From: a virus
Lineage: Duplodnaviria > Caudoviricetes
Length of the DNA stretch: 64,000 bases
IMG/VR virus record: IMGVR_UViG_3300020046_005360
Reading direction: 5' to 3' (one strand)
Made by a program: the position numbers and the translations under genes. Every line of letters starts with the position of its first letter. Position 1 is the first letter of the stretch. The notes beneath the pieces were generated by a model. It was not told the DNA's origin and did no database searches. It saw only the letters and a program-made list of their open reading frames with translations. Of the stretch, positions 48,129 to 58,465 are shown in pieces.

Positions 48129-48812
48129 TTATATTTTATATTTAAAAATTAATCCTTTGTAATTATCTTTTTTACCTTTCAAAACTTTAATAATGGAAGA
48201 ATGATCTATATTTAATATTTGTTCTGCTTCTTTTATACTATTAAATTCTTGGTTAGTATTTACACATATAATACTTTTTGATTTTGATTGAATAAATTTA
48301 TTTATGTGTTCTTCACTATGTTTATTAAATATTCCTCTTTTTTCTTGAGTTTCTAAAGTTTGAGGAATATTTAATCTATTATTCTTTTGTTTTTCTCTAG
48401 TAGAATTATCCACTATTTTATTTTTATGTATAGAAGATATAAAAGATTTCCATTCATTTGTATTTCTTTTTTCTTTGAATTTAATTTTCATTTCTTCATT
48501 CCATCTTCCTCCAATACCTAATTCCTTTAAATTTAAACCTTCTTTTATAACATTATAAAAATTACCCCAATAAATTTCTCTTTCATTAAGTAACTCTACA
48601 GAACATTCTTCTATTTTTTCAAAATTATGATTTTCAGGACCATATTTTTTAAGAGAATTATAAAGTTTTTGTTGGCCTTTACATTGTAATTTTTTATAAT
48701 ATTTAAATCTATTTTCCACATCGGTACTTTGACCTACATAAATTTTACCCTTAGGGTTAGTAATTTTATATATTCCTATAATTTTAGGGGATTTTGTAAT
48801 ATTTATCATCAT
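48129..48812 (-). CDS. GIY-YIG homing endonuclease
   Basis: GIYKITN...YVGQS...R...E...N; C-terminal NUMOD1-like HTH. Confidence 0.85.
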   Translation of the reverse strand: MMINITKSPKIIGIYKITNPKGKIYVGQSTDVENRFKYYKKLQCKGQQKLYNSLKKYGPENHNFEKIEECSVELLNEREIYWGNFYNVIKEGLNLKELGIGGRWNEEMKIKFKEKRNTNEWKSFISSIHKNKIVDNSTREKQKNNRLNIPQTLETQEKRGIFNKHSEEHINKFIQSKSKSIICVNTNQEFNSIKEAEQILNIDHSSIIKVLKGKKDNYKGLIFKYKI

Positions 48813-48875
48813 AGTATGTTTAAGTTGTTGCGACTATAAATATTACTTATCTAAGCCCTTATTCAAGGGCTTTCT
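48813..48875 (-). promoter_or_regulatory. Endonuclease upstream cassette, copy 3
   Basis: Hairpin AAGCCCTT-GAAT-AAGGGCTT (compensatory change) plus GTAATATTTATA. Confidence 0.75.
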
Positions 48876-48889
48876 TTATTATATACACC

Positions 48890-51800
48890 CTAAATTAGGT
48901 TTTGATTTTTTAATTGTTTTATTATATTTCCTGCTTTACTTTTTAAAGATTTACTAATATTTCCTGGGAGTGCTAATCCGGGAGATGTTTTTCCATCTCT
49001 TTTGGAGGTATTTATAATAATATTAGTTTCATCTGGTATTTTAGATAAGAATATAAAGTTTTGAATATTAGTAGGTATTGTAGAACCATTATCAGAACAT
49101 GATTGATTAAAAATATTATCATCTACTAAAATAAATAATCTATTAGTATCATCTATAAAATCCATGGAAGGTTGATTTATAGGAGGAAAAACTTTTACAA
49201 CTTCTCTTTCATAAATTATAGGAAATTCTTCTTTATCATGATTATAAAATCTACATAAATCTCCAACTTTTATATTAAAAACTCCTTCTACATCTTCATA
49301 TCCTCTATGAGAAAATGGAGGGAACGTTTGGGTGAAATTATTTCCATTTTGTTTTTGTTTAAAATAAATTAAAGATAAATCATATGACGCTGTTAATAAA
49401 TTATATACATTACTTCCACTATATGTACCTCTTTCAAAATAGTAATTATCTTCAGAACCACTATCAAATCCATTATCTAATGTTCCCGTAATATATAAAA
49501 ATTGAGGTGGGGATCCAAGTATAAATGGAGAACCAAATCTGTTTATATTACTATTTAATGTTGGTGCTGTAGTAAACTGTATGCTATTATTTGGTGCTAT
49601 ATTATTAAAGCTAATATCAGATCTTAATATTCCAGTATTAAGAGATAAATCTTTTAAAATAAGATTAGCACTATTTTGATTTTTAGGTAAAACAACATAT
49701 CCATCTATATTAAATGTTATTTTTATTCCTATTTCATTATTTTTTTCTATTTGGGTTGAAGGAACTGAGTTCCCTATTTCTGATGGAATATATGTTGTTC
49801 CGTTAAATACTAATAACTCATTTTTGATTGGCTTATTAAATGAATTATAAACAGTATATATATTTGCAGATACAAAACAATCCAATATTTTAGTTTCCAA
49901 AGATGACACACCAAATCCAGTACGACATAAAGGACATCCTCCCCATGGATCACTAGGGCCTGTTATAGAAGTTGGACCTACAGCATTAATATAAGGTCCT
50001 TGATAATCACCTTCTCCCCATAAACCTAAAGAAACTCCAGCAGGAATTTGAGCTGATGATATTTTATCATTAGTCCCCGCTAAATTTACGAATGAATCCG
50101 AGTAGTTATTTACCCACCCAGTTGATACGGCTCCATGTATATTATACACACTTCCTACGTAGTTTGGTTGGCTATATAATTTGGTTACTAGGTTTGTGGG
50201 TGGTGAAATGTATGCTATTAATTCAAAACTTCCAGAAATCCTTTGAGTTATTTCTCTATTATCTCCTGTATTTCTTTGTACAGGGATAGAAATAGATGAA
50301 TTTAATCCTACTCCTCTATTATATCGAGAAAGTACCTCTAATTGATCATATGCTATAGGTTTATTCAAGAATGGGATGCCTATAATTAAAGAATCATTAT
50401 CTAAAGGTTCAATGACATTTCCTAATCCTCCACTATTAGGAACTTGATCGTTATTTTCATAAGTATATTCTAAATATTTATGAGTTCCTTTTATATTTTG
50501 TAATATAGGTTCATATCTGAATCCTCCAGAGAAAATACTTTTTAATCCATCTAATTTTTGTTGATTTGATGGTGATTTATTATCATCTAATATAATATCA
50601 ATATTTCCCTTATCAAATATATTTTGAACGTCAAATAAATTTTTATTTTGTCTTGTTAATTCTGTTATATTAGAATTTTCGTCTATTAAATATTTTATAT
50701 TTACATTAACTCTCTCTGGTAATGTTTTTGCTTGAGATGTTATTTCTTGGAAATAAGAAAATTTAATATTTTCTTTATCTATAGCAGCAGTTTTTCCGAA
50801 AGATATATCCCCAATACTATAATTATTATATAATTTAGATTTGGTTTTCGATCCATCATATCTTGGGTTGTTATGTCTTTTTAAAGAATAATTACTCTCT
50901 TGAACATCTGCAAATATAATAGGAATAACAACATTATCTATTAATGAAGAAGTTATATAATTTATGTTATTAGGAATATTTATATTATTACCATAATCTA
51001 CATTAAAACGCTTAGTACTTTTTACAGAATCTTGAACATTGTTTAAAATTGGATCAAATTTTATTCTATCATTATTTACACTATCGATATCTTTTGGAAA
51101 GACTTTATTTTCTTCATAAATAATATTTTCTTGAGATTGAGAGTGAGCTATTATATCAGAACCTGATATTTCTCCACTAAACCATTCTTTTTGATTTACT
51201 CCTTTTTTAATTATATAACCTAGAGAACTTGGGATATTTTCATCGTTAGATATAAATAAATCGGTACCTAATGAATTTGTACCTTCTATATTCCCGGTTT
51301 CTAAAGATGCTTCTAAATATTTATTTTCTAATACAGGTTCAAATTTTTGGATTTTATTTTTTTCTAAGATAGGAGATTTTATTATCAAACCAGAAGATAA
51401 ATTCCCTTTGGCTGGTATGAAGTCTTTTATCATTTTAAATAAAGAGTTATCAAAATATGACAACAATTTAATACTATCTTTTATAGATTTATTACCATTA
51501 TATTTTTTAAAATAAAAATCTCTTAATTCATTTAATGAAGGATAATATGTTTTACTACCATCTTTTGGATCTCCTATATAATCATCTATATTAAAATTAC
51601 CTAATTGTTTTATAATATCATCATTTATTGAATTTTGAGGTGATATTCCAATTTCAATATTTGATGAATTCTTTACTTGATTATATTTAGATTTTTTTAC
51701 AATAGAAACATTAGGAGATAATACATTATCAGGTAAAGTTTTAGTTTCTATTATTTTTATTTTTTGATTAGATTCAATAAAATTACCACCATTAGGAACA

Positions 51801-54400
51801 TTAATTAAATATTTTTCATAGTTATAATTATAAATAATACCACTATTATCACTATTAGTAGCATAAGACGAAGAAATACCCCCACTTATAAAACTACTTG
51901 TGAAAGATGGGTGAACAGAGTATAAACTTGAACTTTTTAAATTATCTAATTCAGAACCTAAAGGCAATCTAAATATTAAATTTTTATAAGATGAAGTTTC
52001 ATCAGTATTGGAAAATGATTTAGGATTTAAAATATGGTCTTTAAAATCTTCTATTGGAGTTGAATTTATCCAGTATCTAAATTCTTGGATTTCTCCTAAA
52101 AATTTACTACCAGATACCCCAAAATTAACAATACCATGTGAATTCCAAGATTGGTTATAATCACTTTGGATCGTTCCATCTATATATATAGAACAAGATT
52201 CTAAAGTCTCTATATCAGTACTATTCTTTTCTCCTATAATTAAAGTGTAATTAGTATTTAAACTATTATCAGTAGTTCCTAATATATCTCTAGATAAAGA
52301 TATATTCCACCAATTGTCGTTGTATAAAGGTAATATTAAACTACTACTAATAACACTAGCACTAGGATATCCTTCCATAGAAAATTCTAAAAGACCATAA
52401 GTACCACTAACATATGTTGTAGTAACTTTTATAGAATTAGGATTAATTTCTAATAACGATTGAGTAGGATTTGATATAATTGTATCTAAATTATTTTTAA
52501 ATCTAAATTCAATACTATCTGGGAATATACTAAACGAACTAGAGTCCACAAATCTTTGATTAGAAGGAAGCCATGGAATAGATAAAGTATTACTTCCACT
52601 ATTATTTAAACTATAATTAAACTTGTTATAATCTTGTTCTATAAAATCTTGTTCTTTAATAACCCCACCAAACTCTTTTATATTTAATATAGTATCTGGA
52701 ATACCAAAACAATTAATTAAAGCGCGTATCCCTTTTCGGGTACCCTTAGATTTAAGTAAATAAGGTAAGTTATTATATATTCTTTTATACGTTTCTTTCG
52801 TGATATCATTATCAGGGATAGTATAATTAGATGATGTTATATAATTATCTATATTATAAGATCCAGTTGATGGTAAAAAAGTACCATCAGGATTTTCTCC
52901 CAACAAAGATATATAAATATTTTGATTATTTCTTGAATTAGTGTACAATTTTATTCCGAAAGATTTTAAGGTTTCACCAACTAAATCTTTAGAAACACCG
53001 TAGTTTAATCTATTATCATTATTATTTTTATTAGTTATATCTTTAATATAAGTCCAAACATAATCATAATGTTGACCTAACATAGATATAAGTAATTCTA
53101 ATTGAGAATTTTGTGAATCATATTTAATATATTCTGGAAGATTATTCCAAATATAATCTCTATTTTGAGTATCATAATTTAAATGATCTAATATTTTACC
53201 TCCATAGTAATTAGATTGTTCATCATCTGAACCAATCCATTCTAGAGATATAGAAGATGTTACATTTTCGTTTATATAAGGTCTTTGGTTATTTACTTTT
53301 GGGAATGAGTTTGAACCTGACTCATAATATAAGAAGTATTCATATCCATCAAAATTTTTAGTGATATTACTTATTTGGTTATTTAATAATAAAACTGAAT
53401 TATTTATACTACTTGTCTCTATTGATGATGAAAGATTTGTAATTATATTTAAGTCTTTTTCTAAATTTTGGATTTGGTTTAACTTATATATAAAGTTTTC
53501 TATTCTTTCTTTTGCGGAAGAAAAATGAATAAATTCTGATATTATATTATAATCTATATTAATATTTACATTCTCCCCAATCAATGACTGTAATTGGTTG
53601 TATGAAGATGTAGTATCATTACTTAATATATTTGATATATTTAGATATGATGTTGGAGTACTTAATTGTTTATTTATTTCTATATCAAAGTTTGGCCCCC
53701 TTAATGGAAATTGATTTTCAACATTTTCCACTATTATACTATTATTTAACCTAAAAGTATAAGGGTCTGATATATTTTCTTCAACCCAAAGAGTGTTTTT
53801 TAAATCATATTCACTTGATAAAGGTTCATATAATTTGATAAATAAACTAGGAACATCTATATTAGTATCTAATTCTATATTTACTCCTATTATAGATTTA
53901 TTCCCACCAAAATTTAGTATGAAATCTGAATAGAAGTTTCTTTGGTTCTTATTAATTATATATTCTATAAAAGAAGATTGGAGATTTAAATAAGAAATAT
54001 CATTAGAAGTTATTTTTATTTCTGTTCTATCTCTCGATATTTCTTTAATAAAGAATTTAGATTGATTAGAACTATTAAATAATAATCTTTTAAAATTATA
54101 AATAATATCAAACTGACCTACATTATATCCATATGATAAAATATCTTCTTCAGGATTCAACACTATGGTATCGAATAATGAAGAATTATCAATATTATTT
54201 ATTTTTTTATAGTTGGTAAAATTATAGTTAGAAATTAATATATCCCCAGAAGGAGATATAATATACATTTCTATTATATCATTTGGTTCCCCAAATTCTT
54301 TATTAATATTAATAGGGGATAAAAGATTTATATCATCTTCATTATATGTTTGGTCTATATATGGAGTTGAATCTATATTATTTATTTGGAATTTTTCCAT
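48890..54400 (-). CDS. Very large baseplate/tail protein (1836 aa)
   Basis: NLPEYI, YLLKSKGT..GI and IPA motifs typical of wedge/tail-I-like proteins; LamG-like segment (FLGEIQEFRYW); beta/gamma-crystallin-like insert. Confidence 0.65.
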   Translation of the reverse strand: MEKFQINNIDSTPYIDQTYNEDDINLLSPININKEFGEPNDIIEMYIISPSGDILISNYNFTNYKKINNIDNSSLFDTIVLNPEEDILSYGYNVGQFDIIYNFKRLLFNSSNQSKFFIKEISRDRTEIKITSNDISYLNLQSSFIEYIINKNQRNFYSDFILNFGGNKSIIGVNIELDTNIDVPSLFIKLYEPLSSEYDLKNTLWVEENISDPYTFRLNNSIIVENVENQFPLRGPNFDIEINKQLSTPTSYLNISNILSNDTTSSYNQLQSLIGENVNINIDYNIISEFIHFSSAKERIENFIYKLNQIQNLEKDLNIITNLSSSIETSSINNSVLLLNNQISNITKNFDGYEYFLYYESGSNSFPKVNNQRPYINENVTSSISLEWIGSDDEQSNYYGGKILDHLNYDTQNRDYIWNNLPEYIKYDSQNSQLELLISMLGQHYDYVWTYIKDITNKNNNDNRLNYGVSKDLVGETLKSFGIKLYTNSRNNQNIYISLLGENPDGTFLPSTGSYNIDNYITSSNYTIPDNDITKETYKRIYNNLPYLLKSKGTRKGIRALINCFGIPDTILNIKEFGGVIKEQDFIEQDYNKFNYSLNNSGSNTLSIPWLPSNQRFVDSSSFSIFPDSIEFRFKNNLDTIISNPTQSLLEINPNSIKVTTTYVSGTYGLLEFSMEGYPSASVISSSLILPLYNDNWWNISLSRDILGTTDNSLNTNYTLIIGEKNSTDIETLESCSIYIDGTIQSDYNQSWNSHGIVNFGVSGSKFLGEIQEFRYWINSTPIEDFKDHILNPKSFSNTDETSSYKNLIFRLPLGSELDNLKSSSLYSVHPSFTSSFISGGISSSYATNSDNSGIIYNYNYEKYLINVPNGGNFIESNQKIKIIETKTLPDNVLSPNVSIVKKSKYNQVKNSSNIEIGISPQNSINDDIIKQLGNFNIDDYIGDPKDGSKTYYPSLNELRDFYFKKYNGNKSIKDSIKLLSYFDNSLFKMIKDFIPAKGNLSSGLIIKSPILEKNKIQKFEPVLENKYLEASLETGNIEGTNSLGTDLFISNDENIPSSLGYIIKKGVNQKEWFSGEISGSDIIAHSQSQENIIYEENKVFPKDIDSVNNDRIKFDPILNNVQDSVKSTKRFNVDYGNNINIPNNINYITSSLIDNVVIPIIFADVQESNYSLKRHNNPRYDGSKTKSKLYNNYSIGDISFGKTAAIDKENIKFSYFQEITSQAKTLPERVNVNIKYLIDENSNITELTRQNKNLFDVQNIFDKGNIDIILDDNKSPSNQQKLDGLKSIFSGGFRYEPILQNIKGTHKYLEYTYENNDQVPNSGGLGNVIEPLDNDSLIIGIPFLNKPIAYDQLEVLSRYNRGVGLNSSISIPVQRNTGDNREITQRISGSFELIAYISPPTNLVTKLYSQPNYVGSVYNIHGAVSTGWVNNYSDSFVNLAGTNDKISSAQIPAGVSLGLWGEGDYQGPYINAVGPTSITGPSDPWGGCPLCRTGFGVSSLETKILDCFVSANIYTVYNSFNKPIKNELLVFNGTTYIPSEIGNSVPSTQIEKNNEIGIKITFNIDGYVVLPKNQNSANLILKDLSLNTGILRSDISFNNIAPNNSIQFTTAPTLNSNINRFGSPFILGSPPQFLYITGTLDNGFDSGSEDNYYFERGTYSGSNVYNLLTASYDLSLIYFKQKQNGNNFTQTFPPFSHRGYEDVEGVFNIKVGDLCRFYNHDKEEFPIIYEREVVKVFPPINQPSMDFIDDTNRLFILVDDNIFNQSCSDNGSTIPTNIQNFIFLSKIPDETNIIINTSKRDGKTSPGLALPGNISKSLKSKAGNIIKQLKNQNLI

Positions 54401-54401
54401 A

Positions 54402-54737
54402 TTATTGTGTTAAATCTTCTATAGTTTGTCTTGCTTCTAATAAATCTAATCTTAATTGATTTATTTCTTCTAATAATAAATCTATTTCTTCTGTATTTTG
54501 AGTTTCCCCAACGTATTCTGTACTTCTTATAATTAATTCTTTATGGGAACCTATCTCTCCATCTATTGGTATTTCAAAAAATAATTTATTATATAATTCA
54601 AAAAACTCATCTACTGTTACATCATCAGGATTTTCTGTTGTAGGTTTAACAAGTTGAGAAAATTCAGTATCTATTATTTTAGGATAATCTTCTCTAGAGA
54701 ATACATCTTTATTAAGTTTTATTAATTCTCCTGCCAT
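54402..54737 (-). CDS. Hypothetical tail-module protein
   Basis: ORF track; coiled-coil C-terminus. Confidence 0.55.
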   Translation of the reverse strand: MAGELIKLNKDVFSREDYPKIIDTEFSQLVKPTTENPDDVTVDEFFELYNKLFFEIPIDGEIGSHKELIIRSTEYVGETQNTEEIDLLLEEINQLRLDLLEARQTIEDLTQ

Positions 54738-55729
54738 TATCTTATAACTTTAAAATAATTTGATTTATCATCTATAATAATAATATTACCGTTAATTATG
54801 GTTTTAAATAAAATTTGATAATATCTTTCAGGTTGAAGACCATTCATATATAATTTGAAATAATTACCATTATTATTTGCTCCTAATTTAGTTCCAAGAT
54901 TATTATAATCTATGATAATTTCTTCAGTTTTTAAATCTTTTAAAGACCAATATGATTCTTCAGGCAATATTTTATTATTTAAATATACTGAACTACTTTG
55001 GAAACTCCTAGTAGGATATTTATCTCTGTTTTTTACTGTGAACGTATAAACACTATTAGAATTGAATTCTTGTTTTAAATTAGTAATATTAGTAGTAAAA
55101 TCTCCACTAACAGTATTTAAAGATGAACTATAACTAGTATCATCCCAATAAAATTCTAGGTGTGGGGGGTATATAGTATGAGTATCTGATGAAAAGAAAT
55201 TAGTTTGTATACTTAATGAAGATGATTCTATAACATCATTATATTTTATTAATAAACCATTATTTGGAATTATATTATTAAACCAAAAGTTAATTATATC
55301 AGTTACATCACAATTAATATCTTTATTATCTTGGTAATTAAAAGATTGAGATATACCAGAATTAGTATAATTTCCCCCATCCCAAGAAGATGTTAATGTA
55401 GAATTATTCCAAGAAACACCATTTTGGGGGTTTGGATTATCTCCATTTCTTCCTGTACCCATATCCCAAGGTTCATTTATTGGATGAAATTCAAAAGAAT
55501 AATCTAGAGGTAATGCAGACGCATTTGAAAAATATAATTTTATATCAGTTCTATAAATTCCCGATGCACTCATTATCAAATCAGTTATTTCTCCTTGATC
55601 AAATTGAATTAATGCTCTAGATTTTGAGTTTGTAGATATCTCAAATATTTCATCACGCCCATAATTAAAATTAGGTTTATCTTCAGAAATATAAGAGTCT
55701 TTTATTGGAAATAGTTTATAAACAGCCAT
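54737..55729 (-). CDS. DNRLRE/CBM96-like domain virion protein
   Basis: KDSYISE..P..NYG...SRALIQFD...W..G.G...NNGLLI...F.S....PHLE. Confidence 0.6.
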   Translation of the reverse strand: MAVYKLFPIKDSYISEDKPNFNYGRDEIFEISTNSKSRALIQFDQGEITDLIMSASGIYRTDIKLYFSNASALPLDYSFEFHPINEPWDMGTGRNGDNPNPQNGVSWNNSTLTSSWDGGNYTNSGISQSFNYQDNKDINCDVTDIINFWFNNIIPNNGLLIKYNDVIESSSLSIQTNFFSSDTHTIYPPHLEFYWDDTSYSSSLNTVSGDFTTNITNLKQEFNSNSVYTFTVKNRDKYPTRSFQSSSVYLNNKILPEESYWSLKDLKTEEIIIDYNNLGTKLGANNNGNYFKLYMNGLQPERYYQILFKTIINGNIIIIDDKSNYFKVIR

Positions 55730-55760
55730 GATTGTATTTTAATATAAATATAAATATATT

Positions 55761-57575
55761 TTAGAATGACGTACTTCTTCCATTTATATCTACTTCTGGG
55801 AATTTTATTTCAAATATACTAGGGTCTAATGAAGGGTATATGACTCCATTAACTGTAGATGAATTAATATCATATCCATATTTCGAATATCCATTTTCTT
55901 CGCCAGATTTATTTATTATTTCTACTTTTTTAACTGTCTGAACTCCATCAACTTTATCTAAAATATTATATATTTCTGATAGTATTATAGGTTGATTTAT
56001 ATTCCATTTATCTGTGTTAAAATATGTTTTTATATCTTGTAAACATCTATTTATTACGTCTCTGTTATTGTAGTTTGGTCTTAATGTTATATCAAAATTT
56101 AATCCGATATTAATTATAAAAGCGTCCTTAATATTAATAGCATCAGTTTCATTATTATATTCTTCTAAATATGTTTGTAAGTTTGTTTTTAATATAATAT
56201 CTCCAATACATAATTTATTATTTATATCTTTAGATAAAATATATAATGATAGAAGATTTTTATCACTACTGTATGAGTCTTTGTTTATAAAAGATTTTGA
56301 GACAATTCCAAATTCTGGAGGAAGAGATAAAACTCTTATATTATAATCATCAAAAGTAACTGCTCTAAGTTGAGTTGGATATGAAGCTAATGTATTAAGT
56401 TTTAATTCTTCATTAGTATCTCCATCACCTCCTCCAACTCCAGGATTTTCATTATTAAAAGAAAGTGAATTAATTATTATATTAGATAATTGACTATCTA
56501 AGTTGTTATTAATAAAAGATACATTACCTGATGATAAAATATTTAGTGTATTAGACGGAGTGTTAGATTCCACTCCACCACCAACAATATATTTGAATGT
56601 TAATGTTGTATTGGAAGGAGCTATTCCATATGTTTTTGTATATAAGAAGTTTGAAGGATCAAAAGCTGTAGTAAGTTTACTAGTTCCATAAGGTAATCCT
56701 AAACCTATATTTTCAAAATTAGGAATTATTTCTTCATCTGGAGATGTAGACACCCCAGGTCCAAATTGGATTTCTAATATATTATTACTTTTAAATCTTG
56801 ATATAAATCTTCTTGGGACACTTTTTATTTTAAGAAAATATGGTGTTGAATCTACATTACTAGATACTTTATCAAATATAGTTTCTTGGGCTAAATATGG
56901 AACTTCATACCAAATGTTATTATTACTATCAACTACATTTACAATTTTTATAATTTTAGAATCATTCAATTCTATAGTAGAAAATCTTTGAGGTTCATTA
57001 AAAGTATAATCTTTGGTTTTAACTTCTCCCGAATATGCATTTCTTTGTTTTTTCAGAAGATAAAAGTTAGGAAGATTATTACCATCTAATGAATATATAC
57101 TAACATCAGTATTATTATTAGATCCAGAAACGCTAAAATCTATTTTATCTGTTATATAAAATTTAATTTTTGGATTTATAGAAGATTGAATTTGAGTTCC
57201 TTCATCTATATTTAAACAATAAGAATAGTCTGGTGATATTAATCCAGAAATATTAATAGAAGGTACAATCTGATATACATCTATTATAGTATTAGATACT
57301 GATGTAATTTGTGGTTTATATCCGTATACATAAGATTGGGCTAATAAGTTTTTTCTTTGTTTAGAAAATTGTAAGAAGTTTTCTTGGATTTGATTATCTT
57401 GGTACAAAGACAAGACATCACCAATATATGATGACATTTCAATTAACATCATCCCAGGAGATGATTCAGAAAAATCATTATATGTTGTTGGATAATAAGT
57501 TTTAGCAAAATTAATTAATTTTGTTTTAAACGAATTAAAATCTTTAGATATGTAATTTATATTTTTATTAACCAT
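55761..57575 (-). CDS. Baseplate wedge protein, gp6/J-like
   Basis: DF...K..L...YNDFSESS.GMM, IQFG.G, GGGDGDT.EE and RAVT.DDY motifs. Confidence 0.85.
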   Translation of the reverse strand: MVNKNINYISKDFNSFKTKLINFAKTYYPTTYNDFSESSPGMMLIEMSSYIGDVLSLYQDNQIQENFLQFSKQRKNLLAQSYVYGYKPQITSVSNTIIDVYQIVPSINISGLISPDYSYCLNIDEGTQIQSSINPKIKFYITDKIDFSVSGSNNNTDVSIYSLDGNNLPNFYLLKKQRNAYSGEVKTKDYTFNEPQRFSTIELNDSKIIKIVNVVDSNNNIWYEVPYLAQETIFDKVSSNVDSTPYFLKIKSVPRRFISRFKSNNILEIQFGPGVSTSPDEEIIPNFENIGLGLPYGTSKLTTAFDPSNFLYTKTYGIAPSNTTLTFKYIVGGGVESNTPSNTLNILSSGNVSFINNNLDSQLSNIIINSLSFNNENPGVGGGDGDTNEELKLNTLASYPTQLRAVTFDDYNIRVLSLPPEFGIVSKSFINKDSYSSDKNLLSLYILSKDINNKLCIGDIILKTNLQTYLEEYNNETDAINIKDAFIINIGLNFDITLRPNYNNRDVINRCLQDIKTYFNTDKWNINQPIILSEIYNILDKVDGVQTVKKVEIINKSGEENGYSKYGYDINSSTVNGVIYPSLDPSIFEIKFPEVDINGRSTSF

Positions 57576-57975
57576 TATTAAAATTTAAAGATATATCATC
57601 TGTTATATTAGTATTTATAACAGAATAACTAAAATATACTGTTATAGTGTGTTCTTCAGGGGTAATTATTAATTTTTCTATTTTAACAATAGGGAAATTA
57701 TTTGTAATATAACTATAAATCATATCTCTCATATCATCCATAGTACCATTATTTATTATTTCAAATATTTGATTTCTTAAACCAGAACCGAAATTAGGGT
57801 TTAAAATTCTTTCCCTAGTACCTGTTAATAAAAAATTTAATAAATTAGTTCTAATAGCATCTTTAGATGTATATGTTATATTTAATCCAGTAGGTCCATC
57901 AAATGGAATACTTACTCCAATACCTTTACTTGGAGTAACATCTAGAGGATTAATATTTCTTATTATATAACTCAT
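57568..57975 (-). CDS. gp25: Baseplate protein, gp25-like
   Basis: NLLNFLLT...ER..NP.FGS.L...FE motif; precedes the gp6-like gene. Confidence 0.85.
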   Translation of the reverse strand: MSYIIRNINPLDVTPSKGIGVSIPFDGPTGLNITYTSKDAIRTNLLNFLLTGTRERILNPNFGSGLRNQIFEIINNGTMDDMRDMIYSYITNNFPIVKIEKLIITPEEHTITVYFSYSVINTNITDDISLNFNNG

Positions 57976-58445
57976 TATATAGTACCTTTTTCTTTCATAG
58001 CACCCATTAATTTAGAAAAATTAGGTACTACATCTATCTCTATTTGATTTAAATCAGATGAAGTTGATGAATTTTGTAACATATCTCCTACAGTACCAAC
58101 TTGAGTTGGTTTTTCTATAAATGAATTTATACCTTGAGCCATTGAAGAATTCATAGTACCTAAATCATTCCAATCATTTCCTGACATTCCACTTCTAGTT
58201 TCGTTAAGTATATCTAACATTGGATTTCCAGTAGATTGAACTTCTTTTATTACAGGTCTAGGTATTGGTTGAGAATTTGTTTCAGAGTAATTTGGTATTT
58301 TAGAAGGCCCAGACCCACCAATATTTTTATATGGTTGTAATATGGTATTATGTTCTCTTAAAGCCATTTTTATTACTTTAAGTTCTTCTCTAAGTACTTC
58401 TCTTACTGTTTCTTTTAATAATTGTTTGAATTCACTTGTTTTCAT
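57975..58445 (-). CDS. Hypothetical protein with MKTSEFKQLLKE leader
   Basis: ORF track; upstream TATTTATC. Confidence 0.6.
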   Translation of the reverse strand: MKTSEFKQLLKETVREVLREELKVIKMALREHNTILQPYKNIGGSGPSKIPNYSETNSQPIPRPVIKEVQSTGNPMLDILNETRSGMSGNDWNDLGTMNSSMAQGINSFIEKPTQVGTVGDMLQNSSTSSDLNQIEIDVVPNFSKLMGAMKEKGTI

Positions 58446-58465
58446 GACGATAAATATTTTAAATA

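Noticed and set aside
48873-48892. Orphan 5' remnant of gene 47462..48121 upstream of the GIY-YIG at 48129
   Set aside because: No convincing match to MGYLNGD, unlike the other three insertions.
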